Source of the DNA: an uncultured virus (IMG/VR IMGVR_UViG_3300005747_000147)
Lineage: Duplodnaviria; Heunggongvirae; Uroviricota; Caudoviricetes
DNA: 64,000 nucleotides
Strand: one strand, 5' to 3'
IMG/VR virus record: IMGVR_UViG_3300005747_000147
Within the stretch, counting starts at the first letter, position 1, and each line of letters opens with the position of its first letter. A program made the translations under genes and the position numbers. Below the pieces are notes generated by a model, which was given only the letters and a program-made list of their open reading frames with translations, did no database searches and was not told where the DNA came from. This document shows, piece by piece, positions 17,843 to 27,602 of the stretch.

Positions 17843-19066
17843 ATGTTAAGCGAAAAAATGCAAGCAGAAATAGAAAAGAGCGCACAATACCTGAAAATGA
17901 CGGTAGAGGAAGCAACTGAGAAATATACGGAAATTTGTTCCGATAATAACATGGAAGTAAGTGATGATTTAGCAATAGGGCTATGGCGTTCATATGCGGC
18001 ACAAGTTGTTCGACGGGCAAAGCAAGGCGAATCTCCAAAATCTACCGGAAGCAATTCTTTAGTAAAGAAATGTTTTGGTGTTTTTATTGCCTTAGAAGCA
18101 CCAAGAGATATGATGTCTTGGAATCGCAATAAAGCAAAAGAAGAATACAACCGTGATTCGGATAATGCTTTGAATGAAGGACATGTAGCGGTTGCTACAA
18201 AGAATGCTTTAGGTAAATGGATGATTAGCCGTTATCATAATGGTGAATATCAAGAGCGAATGGTCGCTGATTTACCCTCCGGTGCAGAAGAAATGCCGGA
18301 TGGTGTAATGGTTATTCCTTTGGATAATACTAAAACATACATGAGTGGTGGAGATAACCGAAGTTATGGTAAGCCTTTGCCTTTGGAACAAATGCGAAGA
18401 ACAGGTATTTTTTACGGAAGTGTAGATGGTGCTGATATGAAACGATATACTTTTTCATATAAGAATGACGGTGGAGTAGCATTTACTCCCGATTGTTATG
18501 ACTTTGTTCACTTTGTTGCAATTCCTTCAGATGATGGAAATAACCTTTATGGTATGACAATGACAACAAAAGACAGTCTTATTCGTAATGCTGACTTAGA
18601 CCCCGAAAACTCAGACTATCGAGATATGGGAGAAGTAGAATGGTTAAATGTTCTTAATGAAAACTTTGAAAGCCATATGGTTGAATTGGTAGAAATTGAC
18701 CGAGCGCACATTACTCGACAAACACTACCTGCTAAAGACCGCTTCGTTATTACTGGTGGAACAGTTTGTAATATGAATATGATGCCAACTTCAAATGGTA
18801 ATCGCATTCTAAATATTACAGACTTGAATGCTGAATTCGATTATGATAATGAATCAAACATGACTACTTGTTGGATTCCCGAACATCTAAATATTGACTT
18901 TGGTATCGGTTCTACTGTAATTGTTGTTGGTCGAACATCACAACGATTAGTTGATGGAGTTGCTGACCCTGTAACTATCAATGTTTCTTCTGTTCTTGTA
19001 ACTGAAAAGCGTGGTGCGCCTATTGAAGTAGATGCTCCCGTTGAAGAATCATTTGATTGGTTTTGA
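17843..19066 (+). CDS. RPA-like ssDNA-binding protein (OB fold)
   Basis: C-terminal OB pattern (RILNITD...TCW...FGIGSTVIVVGR...TINV), acidic tail EESFDWF, located in the replication cluster. Confidence 0.6.
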   Translation: MLSEKMQAEIEKSAQYLKMTVEEATEKYTEICSDNNMEVSDDLAIGLWRSYAAQVVRRAKQGESPKSTGSNSLVKKCFGVFIALEAPRDMMSWNRNKAKEEYNRDSDNALNEGHVAVATKNALGKWMISRYHNGEYQERMVADLPSGAEEMPDGVMVIPLDNTKTYMSGGDNRSYGKPLPLEQMRRTGIFYGSVDGADMKRYTFSYKNDGGVAFTPDCYDFVHFVAIPSDDGNNLYGMTMTTKDSLIRNADLDPENSDYRDMGEVEWLNVLNENFESHMVELVEIDRAHITRQTLPAKDRFVITGGTVCNMNMMPTSNGNRILNITDLNAEFDYDNESNMTTCWIPEHLNIDFGIGSTVIVVGRTSQRLVDGVADPVTINVSSVLVTEKRGAPIEVDAPVEESFDWF

Positions 19067-19156
19067 TATTTAATTAGTAAAGTGCGTGTGTAGTCTTACA
19101 CCAATGAATGTAGGCCAAAATGGGTGCAAAGCCCGTTCCTTAAAGGAGGAAAATAA

Positions 19157-19423
19157 ATGAATGATATTATAGAAGATAGATTTATTCTAAAGGGAGAAAG
19201 TTATATTGCAGATTTGCAAAAGGTTGATTTTCTAACTTGGAATGAAAATGATAAGATAGCAGAAACATACTTTGTTAAGTTTCATATTGGAGAAAAAGAA
19301 ACAAGGTTTGTCTGTTCATCGAAGAAAGAATTACTCGGCATCATCAAGGCATGGTGTCAAGCGAATGGTAAAAATGTAGATATAAATGAAAATGATATAG
19401 GTGATTGGCTTGCTAGGGACTAA
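19157..19423 (+). CDS. hypothetical protein
   Basis: 88 aa with a strong AGGAGG SD. Confidence 0.65.
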   Translation: MNDIIEDRFILKGESYIADLQKVDFLTWNENDKIAETYFVKFHIGEKETRFVCSSKKELLGIIKAWCQANGKNVDINENDIGDWLARD

Positions 19424-20174
19424 GAAAGAAAAAACGAATTTTAAAGAATTGATGGCTCAAAAAAGAGCGCAACGAAAAGCACGAATGGTATTAGGTATTT
19501 GGGGAGAACCCAAAACTGGAAAGACTGGAATTGCATTAGACTTCCCCGATAAGAACATTTATGTTCTTGATTGGGATAGGGGTGTTGAATCAACTTGGTT
19601 TGAACACCATGATGCAACAGACCGAATCAATGTATATTGCCCAATTGTAATGCGAAAGGACAACATTATGGATATTGATAAGAGCGAACAAAACTCTCTC
19701 GACTTCATTAACTTTGCTAAAGAACAAATGGCCGAAGGTGAAGACATTGTATTCGTCATGGATGGTGTTGATACTTGGCTTGATAGTTGTATTCTAAAGG
19801 TTAATCCTAACCCAAGAGTAGTTACCAAGATTATGCCATTTCAGTATGGTAATAGAAATAAGACTTTCTATTTCCTATTGGAAGCAATTTACCAATTGAA
19901 TTGTGATGTAATTTATATTACTCACGAAACAGAGAAGTATGTTGATAATACCCCTGTTGGTGTGCAACCTGCTTGGAAAGATTGGGGCGGAAAACTTGAA
20001 CAAGAGATTTATTGCTCAAAGAAGAAAGTAAAGAACGAGTTGCATTTCAGTGCTGAATTGATTGGTTCAAGAACCAATGGTAATTTAGTTGGAAAGAAAT
20101 GGACTGTGCGAGAAGGAACTCCCCCTAATATTCAATGGAACGGTGTTCCTGAATTAAGGGAGGGAAAGATTTGA
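19401..20174 (+). CDS. RecA-fold ATPase (Sak4/AAA_24-like recombinase)
   Basis: IWGEPKTGKT, VLDWDRG, FVMDGVD, IYITHE. Confidence 0.75.
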   Translation: MIGLLGTKKEKTNFKELMAQKRAQRKARMVLGIWGEPKTGKTGIALDFPDKNIYVLDWDRGVESTWFEHHDATDRINVYCPIVMRKDNIMDIDKSEQNSLDFINFAKEQMAEGEDIVFVMDGVDTWLDSCILKVNPNPRVVTKIMPFQYGNRNKTFYFLLEAIYQLNCDVIYITHETEKYVDNTPVGVQPAWKDWGGKLEQEIYCSKKKVKNELHFSAELIGSRTNGNLVGKKWTVREGTPPNIQWNGVPELREGKI

Positions 20175-20938
20175 AGTTTGTTGTAAATAACAAAGAAATG
20201 GAGAAAGCATTAACAGACATTCAAGGAAAAGGAAAGTATCTAGGTAATGGAGGACTTGGCTCATCTAAGATGGGTTCTTACTTTTACATGACACTTAATG
20301 ATAATTCTTTGGAGATATGGAACGGAGATGCTACATTTGGAATGAACATTACATTAACAGTAGAAGGTGTAACGAATGGTTCTTTTATTGGTGATGCTAA
20401 TTTTATTATTCCTTACTTGAAAAAGTTTGGTGAAAGTGTATTCTTTGAGAGTGGAGACTTTTTGAAATTGACTTCTGGAACAAAGAAGGCTTCTCTACCT
20501 ATGGTGGTTAATCATCCAAACATGGATGCTATCTCTCGTATTAGAGAAATGGTAAAGCACATTTCATATGAAGAAGCATTAGACAAACTTTGGTCTTTTG
20601 GTTCAAAAACCTTTGAAGGTGCATTTCAATTAAATAGTGATATTTTTAATGAAGCAATAAGTCTTTGTGAATTAGTTAAGAGTGGAGTTTACAAACTAAA
20701 CTATCTCGGTGGTAATGTAACCTTTTCAAGTAGAGCAAACGCTTCAAACCAATATGAACAAACAATTCAATTAGCATCAGCGATAGGAGAAGACGCAACG
20801 CTTGAATATTCAGGCCCGCTACATAACTTCTTTGAAAAAGGACAGACTCTTAACTTTTATGTGAAAGATGAATTCCCTTTAGTTATTGTAGCCAATAACA
20901 GAATGATATTAAAAGCCCCGTATTCGGGAGGAAATTAA
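20171..20938 (+). CDS. pcn: sliding clamp (PCNA-like)
   Basis: 255 aa with a two-domain alternating beta/alpha pattern and a C-terminal EFPL...ILKAP; sits between RFC and PolB. Confidence 0.7.
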   Translation: MKFVVNNKEMEKALTDIQGKGKYLGNGGLGSSKMGSYFYMTLNDNSLEIWNGDATFGMNITLTVEGVTNGSFIGDANFIIPYLKKFGESVFFESGDFLKLTSGTKKASLPMVVNHPNMDAISRIREMVKHISYEEALDKLWSFGSKTFEGAFQLNSDIFNEAISLCELVKSGVYKLNYLGGNVTFSSRANASNQYEQTIQLASAIGEDATLEYSGPLHNFFEKGQTLNFYVKDEFPLVIVANNRMILKAPYSGGN

Positions 20939-20939
20939 A

Positions 20940-22577
20940 ATGATAATTAGTAAATGTATAGATGAAAAGCATATTTACACAGCATGGAGAGAAAACGGAG
21001 AAAGAAAGTTTAAACTTGAAGCACATGAGCCATACTTCTTTATTGAGGATGATGAGTTTGAGTTTGAAAGTTACACTGTAAAGAAATACATTTCCCGTTC
21101 TTTCAAGTATGAGAAGGGGGATTGGGTTTCTCTTCAAGGAAAGCCTTTGAAGAAAGTTATTGTTGAACAAGCAACGGACATTTACAAGGCTCGTAAAATG
21201 TGGAATAAAACATATGAAGCAGATGTTTCTTTTGGCTTTCGATATGCAATTGATAAATTAGATAAATTGCCGGAGTTTGAAATGCGTAAATGGTATTGGG
21301 ATATGGAATGGCAACAAGGTGGAGAACACCATGATAAGATTACAGTTATAGTTGCTTATGATAACTATGATAAAAAATATTATCAATGGGCTTGGTTTCC
21401 TAATTATGAAGGTGATGAAGAATTATATTTTCGTAATGAAAAAGATATGATTGAATCCTTCATTAATGTTATGATAGATAAAGACCCCGATATGTTAATA
21501 GCATGGTTTGGGCTTAAGTTCGATTTGCCTAAATTACTTGAAAGGTGCTGTGCATTGGGAATCAACCCTATGCGTATGTCTCCAATTAACCGCATAGACG
21601 GGGTTAAAAAGACCGGCAACGGCTTTACTTTCAGTAAGGCTGAAAGTGGATTCTCCCCGATACAACAGCCATTAGGGGGTCGCATAACCCTCAATTTAGA
21701 CCTTGCCTTTGAGCGACAATGGAATGATTCACAAAGAGGAACATTACCATCAATGAGTCTTGAGTTTGTATCTCAAACATTATTCGGTGAAGGTAAATCA
21801 AAGGAAACTATTTTTGAAGACCCGAATGAGTTTTACCGTAGAGGTTGGCTTGAAGATACAGAAGCCTATTTAAAATATGCTTTAATAGATGTTGAATTGC
21901 TTGTGAGAATAGATGAAACAAACTTTTGTAGCGAAGCGATTATTGCACTACAACGATTGCTTGTTGCACCGTTTGAAGCGTGTTTTTATGCTAGCCATAT
22001 GGGTTCTATTTACTTTATGCGTAATGCTGATTGGATTTGTAAGACTGGAAGTAAAGTGGATAAAAGAGAAACTTATGACGGTGCTATGATTTACGACCCG
22101 CTTAGTGAAGGAACAAACGGATTACATTTGAATGTAGCGGCTTTTGATTTTGCCGGTCTTTATCCATCAATGATGATTGCTCGCAATATCTCTTTTGAAA
22201 CTAAAAGTGAAGAACCTACGGAGTTTGCAGTTAATATCGCAACTCCAAGAGACTTTAGCCCTGTAACAAGAAAGCACATGTTGTATTACAAAACAGATAA
22301 ATTGGGCTTATTGCCAAGAGCAGTTCTCGAATTGAAAGAGTTGCGAAATGAATATAAGCGTCTTATGCGAGATGCAAGAGAGGCCGGAAACGATTCGGAA
22401 GTAGTTAAATGGAATAATAATCAAATGGCTGTAAAGCGATTAATGGCATCTTTTTATGGCATTGTTGCGTTTCAAGGATTTGGTTGGGCTGATGTTAATT
22501 TAGCCGCAAGCATTACTGCAAGTGCAAGAGAAGCAATTAGATTAGCAGCATTTAAAGCGAAGGAGATGGAAGCATGA
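20940..22577 (+). CDS. polB: family B DNA polymerase, N-terminal part (3'-5' exonuclease, motifs A and B)
   Basis: ExoI WDME, ExoII KFDLPKL, ExoIII YALID, motif A DFAGLYPS, motif B KRLMASFYG; ends before motif C. Confidence 0.93.
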   Translation: MIISKCIDEKHIYTAWRENGERKFKLEAHEPYFFIEDDEFEFESYTVKKYISRSFKYEKGDWVSLQGKPLKKVIVEQATDIYKARKMWNKTYEADVSFGFRYAIDKLDKLPEFEMRKWYWDMEWQQGGEHHDKITVIVAYDNYDKKYYQWAWFPNYEGDEELYFRNEKDMIESFINVMIDKDPDMLIAWFGLKFDLPKLLERCCALGINPMRMSPINRIDGVKKTGNGFTFSKAESGFSPIQQPLGGRITLNLDLAFERQWNDSQRGTLPSMSLEFVSQTLFGEGKSKETIFEDPNEFYRRGWLEDTEAYLKYALIDVELLVRIDETNFCSEAIIALQRLLVAPFEACFYASHMGSIYFMRNADWICKTGSKVDKRETYDGAMIYDPLSEGTNGLHLNVAAFDFAGLYPSMMIARNISFETKSEEPTEFAVNIATPRDFSPVTRKHMLYYKTDKLGLLPRAVLELKELRNEYKRLMRDAREAGNDSEVVKWNNNQMAVKRLMASFYGIVAFQGFGWADVNLAASITASAREAIRLAAFKAKEMEA

Positions 22578-23263
22578 AAGAATGTGTGATATGTAATGAA
22601 CAATTTGAGCCATCAAGAAATAACAGAATTACTGCGAAGTATTGTGGTAAGAGATGTAAGCAAAATGCTGAAAATATAAGAAATGCTGAAAAAAGAATAC
22701 TCTTACCTCCAAAGAAATGTTCGGCTTGTAATGAACTATTTAATCCAAGAGTTAAGTCGCAATTAACCTGTAATCAAACTTGTTACAAAATCCATGTTTC
22801 AAACAAACAAAAGAAACACTATTGGAAAGACAAAGACCCCAATAGGGAAATCAAGTGTAAGTTATGTGATAATATGTTTAAGCCTAATACATACGGAAAG
22901 TATTGCAGTATCAAATGTCGTAATAAAGCATATTATACTCCCGCCGCTAGAATGTCGTTATTTCTACATAATGGATTATATGGTGTGATTAAGAAAGACG
23001 CAAAAAGAAATATATGGACTCACTTTAATTTTACAATTGATGAGTTTAGAGAACGCTTTGAGTCTTTATTTACTAAAGGCATGACTTGGGAAAATATGGG
23101 CCTTTGGCATATAGACCACATTAAACCGAAAGCCTCTTTTAACCAAGAGGAATTAGCCGACCCGACAAGTGAAGACTTCAAGAAGTGTTGGGCTTTAGAA
23201 AACTTACAGCCTTTATGGGCATTAGATAATATAAAGAAAGGCGCAAAGGAGATGAAAGTATGA
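22574..23263 (+). CDS. HNH homing endonuclease with N-terminal Zn-finger repeats
   Basis: Three CxxC...F.P...C...C repeats; WHIDHIKP...NLQPLWALDNIKKG. Confidence 0.85.
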   Translation: MKECVICNEQFEPSRNNRITAKYCGKRCKQNAENIRNAEKRILLPPKKCSACNELFNPRVKSQLTCNQTCYKIHVSNKQKKHYWKDKDPNREIKCKLCDNMFKPNTYGKYCSIKCRNKAYYTPAARMSLFLHNGLYGVIKKDAKRNIWTHFNFTIDEFRERFESLFTKGMTWENMGLWHIDHIKPKASFNQEELADPTSEDFKKCWALENLQPLWALDNIKKGAKEMKV

Positions 23264-23358
23264 AATGTAAAAAACCATTAAAACATAACCCTCAATTTGA
23301 AGGAAAGCACCATTGTAAATTATGTGAAGGGGAGAAAAAGATGGAGGAATCAAAATGA
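23260..23358 (+). CDS. 32-aa Cys/His peptide
   Basis: MKCKKPLKHNPQFEGKHHCKLCEGEKKMEESK*; ATGA overlaps at both ends. Confidence 0.45.
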   Translation: MKCKKPLKHNPQFEGKHHCKLCEGEKKMEESK

Positions 23359-23552
23359 AATTAATAGAAAAGTGGGTCATGGAATCAATCAATAGCCTTA
23401 GCGTAACATTTACAGTAGAAGAAGTAAGAGATAATATTATCTCCAAAAAAGGAAAAAGTATTATTATTGGAAGCAATACTCAACTCGCATCTTATTGTAG
23501 AAGGTATGGTTATAGGGTTGGGCCAATGACATATAGGAGGAAAAGTGCATGA
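23355..23552 (+). CDS. small winged-helix-like protein
   Basis: FTVEEVRDNI...SNTQLASYC; similar in pattern to the next ORF. Confidence 0.55.
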   Translation: MKLIEKWVMESINSLSVTFTVEEVRDNIISKKGKSIIIGSNTQLASYCRRYGYRVGPMTYRRKSA

Positions 23553-23761
23553 GCAAAATGAATTCGAGAATGAAAGGTTGGATTGATAAAGCAATAATAG
23601 GTCAAAAAGAACCCTTTACTGCTAGGCAGATATACGAAAAAATAATGAAAGAAAGACCAAACTCAAACTACATAACAAGTGTTTATTCTGTCGGTTCGTA
23701 TTTAAGTAGGGTTTGTACAAAACAAAGAGATAAAGATTATAATATATATTGGAGGAAATAA
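23549..23761 (+). CDS. small winged-helix-like protein
   Basis: PFTARQIYEKI...SVYSVGSYLSR...YWR. Confidence 0.55.
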   Translation: MSKMNSRMKGWIDKAIIGQKEPFTARQIYEKIMKERPNSNYITSVYSVGSYLSRVCTKQRDKDYNIYWRK

Positions 23762-24312
23762 CTTGAGAACAAGATTTGTAACAGTTAAAGTGTCATACGA
23801 CACAGAAGAAACATGGGAAGTTACTTTACAAGAAGTAAAGGAATTATTCCAAATGATGAATAACTTAAAGCGTAATGCTATTATTGTAGAAATTGAAAGA
23901 GGTGTCAATAATGATGATGGACAGAACGAATGAGTTATTAGAAGAATTGCTGGCTATGATAGCAAGAAGTAATAAGATATTGATGATGGTAAATATCGTG
24001 AACATAGCAACCATTATAACAATAATTACGGTGGTAATATGAACGAATTGAAAGAGATGAAAAAGAAAATTAAGATGCTAGAAGATGAATTGGCCGAATT
24101 GTATAAAGACAATAAGGAACTTATTAAGATGTATAAGGCAATTCAAGAATTACAAGAACAACATGACGCACCTGCGGCTAAGTTTACATATTATTTGGGA
24201 TGATACTAATGTTTATATTAATTAAAATAATAATAAAATTTATTATAAATGACATTCATTCTTGCTATAATGATATGATTATGATGATAGATGATTGTAT
24301 GGAGGCTCAAAA

Positions 24313-25197
24313 GTGAAAGTAGTATATGGACACACTGATTCAATCTATGTTCAAATAGATTCAGTAGAAGAAGCGCAAGTAGCAATTAAAGAAATAGAAG
24401 CATCTGTAAGAGAACATTTTCCTAATGTAATGCAACTTGAACAACACCCTGTTGTATTAGAATTTGAAAAATATTATTCGGCATTGGGCGTTGGAACGAC
24501 AAAGAATAGAAATGCAGGTATGATTACTTGGGATGATGGAGAATGGTTAAAAGAACCTAAGTTCACAATGACTGGCTTTACAGCCAAAAGAGTGAGTGAG
24601 ACTCCTTTTGCTAAAGAGATTCAAACGAGCGCACTTAAACAATGGGTAAATCAAGAACCATTGGGTAGAATAAATATTAGACTATACAACTTATATGCTT
24701 CTGTATTGAAAGGCGAAATACCTGTATCTTCTCTAATCAAAAGAAGTCGCCTAAAAAGCGAAAGATTTACCGTTAAGTGCAATGAATGTAATTCTAAGTA
24801 TGGATTACATGAATGCTTAGACATTAAATGGTGCTTGAAATGCGGAACAGATACAAGTCAATTTGTTACTTTACAAAACAAACGGCCTAGTGTTGGGTCG
24901 GGAATTGCAGGGGTTCTGTATGCTAAACAGAAGCATAATATGAGTTTTGACGATTCATATTTGTTTATGAAGGTCAAACATAACGACACCTTCATAAACC
25001 CATTAACTAAGGAAGAAAAAGCCGTAGAGTATATGTCCGGTACAACCTATGAAGACTTTAATGATTATGAGCCGGATTGGGAACACTACGCACAACAAGT
25101 CTTGAAAAAGGCCGAGCCAATTTATCGAGCGATGGATTGGGATTTATCAAGCATAAGAACAGGAAAATTACAAACAAAATTAGAGGATTGGTTTTAA
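24313..25197 (+). CDS. polB: family B DNA polymerase, C-terminal part (motif C, thumb)
   Basis: GTG start after GGAGG; VVYGHTDSIY, LEFEKYY, KNRNAG, inserted CxxC...CxxC, PIP-box-like QTKLEDWF. Confidence 0.9.
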   Translation: MKVVYGHTDSIYVQIDSVEEAQVAIKEIEASVREHFPNVMQLEQHPVVLEFEKYYSALGVGTTKNRNAGMITWDDGEWLKEPKFTMTGFTAKRVSETPFAKEIQTSALKQWVNQEPLGRINIRLYNLYASVLKGEIPVSSLIKRSRLKSERFTVKCNECNSKYGLHECLDIKWCLKCGTDTSQFVTLQNKRPSVGSGIAGVLYAKQKHNMSFDDSYLFMKVKHNDTFINPLTKEEKAVEYMSGTTYEDFNDYEPDWEHYAQQVLKKAEPIYRAMDWDLSSIRTGKLQTKLEDWF

Positions 25198-25198
25198 A

Positions 25199-26128
25199 AT
25201 GGAACAAGAAGAAAAATATAATGCGGTGATTTCCGCTATGAGCGAATATACCTATGATTGGAAGCCGGAGAATTATGATGACCCGTCAATGCCGATACTG
25301 AAAATAACCAAGTCTTCTCTTGGTTCTTTTGGTTGGTGCAATAAAAAGTATGACTTTTCATACATTCAAAGGTTGCCTCAAGACCAAAGCGAGGCTATGC
25401 GTAAAGGAACGGTGCTTCACAATCATAGAGAAGACTTTTTTAATGAGTTTGATATTAAGAAAGTAGATTCAATGACGGCTGATGAAGTGGGAGAATACAT
25501 AACGGGAATAACACCCATTGATGAATACTATGATATTTCCTTGAACATAGCATCGTTTGAAACAAACCGCTACTTGCAAGCAAGAACAGAAAATAAGACC
25601 GATGAATACCTGCCGGTGTGTAACGAAGGAAAGTTTGATGCCGAAATTGTTATACCTAAAGGCCCATACAAGGGTGATGCTTCTCTTAATTACCAACCAT
25701 TTACATTACAGCGTGATTATAAGATTCATATTCAAGGAATCATTGACAGGATTTTTATGGAAAACGGAGGATATGTTCCGTTTGAGTTCAAAACTGGGCC
25801 TTGGAAAGACTACAAGGCCGGTGATATGAGAAAAGAAATGGCGTTTTATCAATTGCTAATTGAGAATGCTGATGATGAAGTATTGATTAAGAATGGTTTA
25901 CAACCAAATGTACCCGTTACTCATTGGGGTTGGTATTATCCGGTTTCAAACTATGTCTTTGCTCAACCTGTTAAGACTCGTTCTATGACTTCGGTTATGT
26001 ATGGTATTGCTAAACTTCTTAGAGCATATGAAATGAAGCAGTTTCCGACTAAGTTTTATTATAAGACTTGTTCTTTTTGTAGTTTCTTTGGAATATGCGA
26101 TGCGGCACAAGAAGATACATGGGTGTGA
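25199..26128 (+). CDS. Cas4/RecB-like PD-(D/E)xK exonuclease with Fe-S cysteines
   Basis: WC...GTVLH...QGIIDRI...EFKTG...FYQL...CSFCSFFGIC. Confidence 0.85.
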   Translation: MEQEEKYNAVISAMSEYTYDWKPENYDDPSMPILKITKSSLGSFGWCNKKYDFSYIQRLPQDQSEAMRKGTVLHNHREDFFNEFDIKKVDSMTADEVGEYITGITPIDEYYDISLNIASFETNRYLQARTENKTDEYLPVCNEGKFDAEIVIPKGPYKGDASLNYQPFTLQRDYKIHIQGIIDRIFMENGGYVPFEFKTGPWKDYKAGDMRKEMAFYQLLIENADDEVLIKNGLQPNVPVTHWGWYYPVSNYVFAQPVKTRSMTSVMYGIAKLLRAYEMKQFPTKFYYKTCSFCSFFGICDAAQEDTWV

Positions 26129-26132
26129 TATT

Positions 26133-26273
26133 ATGGATGATATGCAAAAAATAGCCTTTGATGCAATAACTATTCTATCTCACTTGGGTAAATACGATGA
26201 AGATACAATGGGATATGCGAGAGCATTACTAAACAGATATGAAGGTGTGATAAATGAACGACGAGATGATTAA
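26133..26273 (+). CDS. small hypothetical protein
   Basis: MDDMQKIAF... after a GTGTGA SD-like site. Confidence 0.45.
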   Translation: MDDMQKIAFDAITILSHLGKYDEDTMGYARALLNRYEGVINERRDD

Positions 26274-26628
26274 AGTAAAAGTTTTAGCAAGGTCTTGGAC
26301 ATTCTCGGAAATATCTAATCTCAAAAAGACAATAGATATTCTTTGTAGCGAGATATATAACGAGTCTAAACTAAGTGAAAGATTTAACTTAGTTAGAGAA
26401 GTTAAAATAAATGAAGGGTTTGTTGGACACACATTTGAAGATGTAATGAGACAGGCTATAAAAATAAAACTATCCGGTGAAATAGCCGGAGTAATTAGAG
26501 AAATGCTAGATACAGCAACCGTAGATTTTGGAGGGAATAAAAATGAAATATCCGAGGGAAGTATGGGCGGGAAGCCACATAAAGAACGCACCGCAAATGA
26601 AAAGAAGAGTAGTCTCATCGAAGAATGA
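26254..26628 (+). CDS. hypothetical protein
   Basis: 124 aa ORF in the operon. Confidence 0.6.
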   Translation: MNDEMIKVKVLARSWTFSEISNLKKTIDILCSEIYNESKLSERFNLVREVKINEGFVGHTFEDVMRQAIKIKLSGEIAGVIREMLDTATVDFGGNKNEISEGSMGGKPHKERTANEKKSSLIEE

Positions 26629-27601
26629 GTATATTGATTTTGTAAATGCCCAAAACAATAGGACTAATGTATATACAACAGTATATGATTTTGAGCATTT
26701 TTCAGAAACTGCGAAGATAGATTCTTCTGTAATATTAGATAGAATTTTTCTTGACTTTGACGCACATGGCGAAAGAATCGAAAAAGCATTTAGAGATGTT
26801 AAAATAATAATGGAACTAGTATTAGAACAAGAATTTGAATACACTTTATTTTTCTCAGGGCGTGGATTTCATATGTTTATTTTTGGTGAGATTGTTGAAA
26901 GTAAAGATATGAGAAGTATTCAATATTTCTTTAGGGAGATTAAAAAGTATTTAATTTCAAAGGTTGGTGATGACATTACTCTTGATGATAGGGTGGGGCA
27001 AAAGACCCGCCTAAGAAGAGTTCCTAATACTGTAAATATGGCTTCTGCTGATAGTAACGGTAATCCTTACTATTGCATCCCTTTGCTAGAAGAAGACCTT
27101 TCTAAAGACATAAGCGAAATACTTTCTTTAGCATCAAACATGCGCCTTATCCCCTTCCGTAAGGGTGGTAAAAACAAGGCCAAGTTTCCCGATGCACCCC
27201 CCATTGAAGAGGTTGGAGGCGAGGTTTCTGTACCTAAACATACAGGTAAATTACCAATGTTGCCATGTTTGCACAATGCTATTATGGTGGAGAATCCTTC
27301 ACATATGGCGAGAGCATACCTCGTTTCATGGTATAGAGATTTATTGACACAAAGAAGAAAATTAACAACGACAGAACAAAAGCAACAAGTTTTAGAAATT
27401 ATAGTAGAAGAAATAAAAACCCTAGTAGAAACTAATGAAGGAATATGGTTAGATTGGAATGAATACGAAACAAGAAAACACGCACGATTTACAGTGTTTG
27501 GTAATTATAAGACACCATTCTGTAAGACTGTGCTAATCCCCGATGGGTATTGCGTGGGGAAGTGTTGGCGATACCCAACCTTTTTAGATAAGGAGGACTA
27601 A
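26543..27601 (+). CDS. archaeo-eukaryotic primase, PriS fused to a PriL-like Fe-S C-terminal domain
   Basis: FLDFD, FSGRGFH, RLRRVPNT, then LPCL...HMAR...YKTPFC...GYCVGKC. Confidence 0.85.
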   Translation: MKYPREVWAGSHIKNAPQMKRRVVSSKNEYIDFVNAQNNRTNVYTTVYDFEHFSETAKIDSSVILDRIFLDFDAHGERIEKAFRDVKIIMELVLEQEFEYTLFFSGRGFHMFIFGEIVESKDMRSIQYFFREIKKYLISKVGDDITLDDRVGQKTRLRRVPNTVNMASADSNGNPYYCIPLLEEDLSKDISEILSLASNMRLIPFRKGGKNKAKFPDAPPIEEVGGEVSVPKHTGKLPMLPCLHNAIMVENPSHMARAYLVSWYRDLLTQRRKLTTTEQKQQVLEIIVEEIKTLVETNEGIWLDWNEYETRKHARFTVFGNYKTPFCKTVLIPDGYCVGKCWRYPTFLDKED

Positions 27602-27602
27602 T

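Noticed and set aside
22578..24312. Group I intron or split intein joining the PolB halves
   Set aside because: No intein termini (N-terminal C/S, C-terminal HN) and no recognisable intron core; the gap is filled with coupled ORFs; part 2 has its own SD and start codon.
25199..26128. Cas4-like gene as evidence of a CRISPR-Cas locus
   Set aside because: No repeat-spacer array or other cas genes were seen; stand-alone Cas4-like nucleases are common in viral replication modules.
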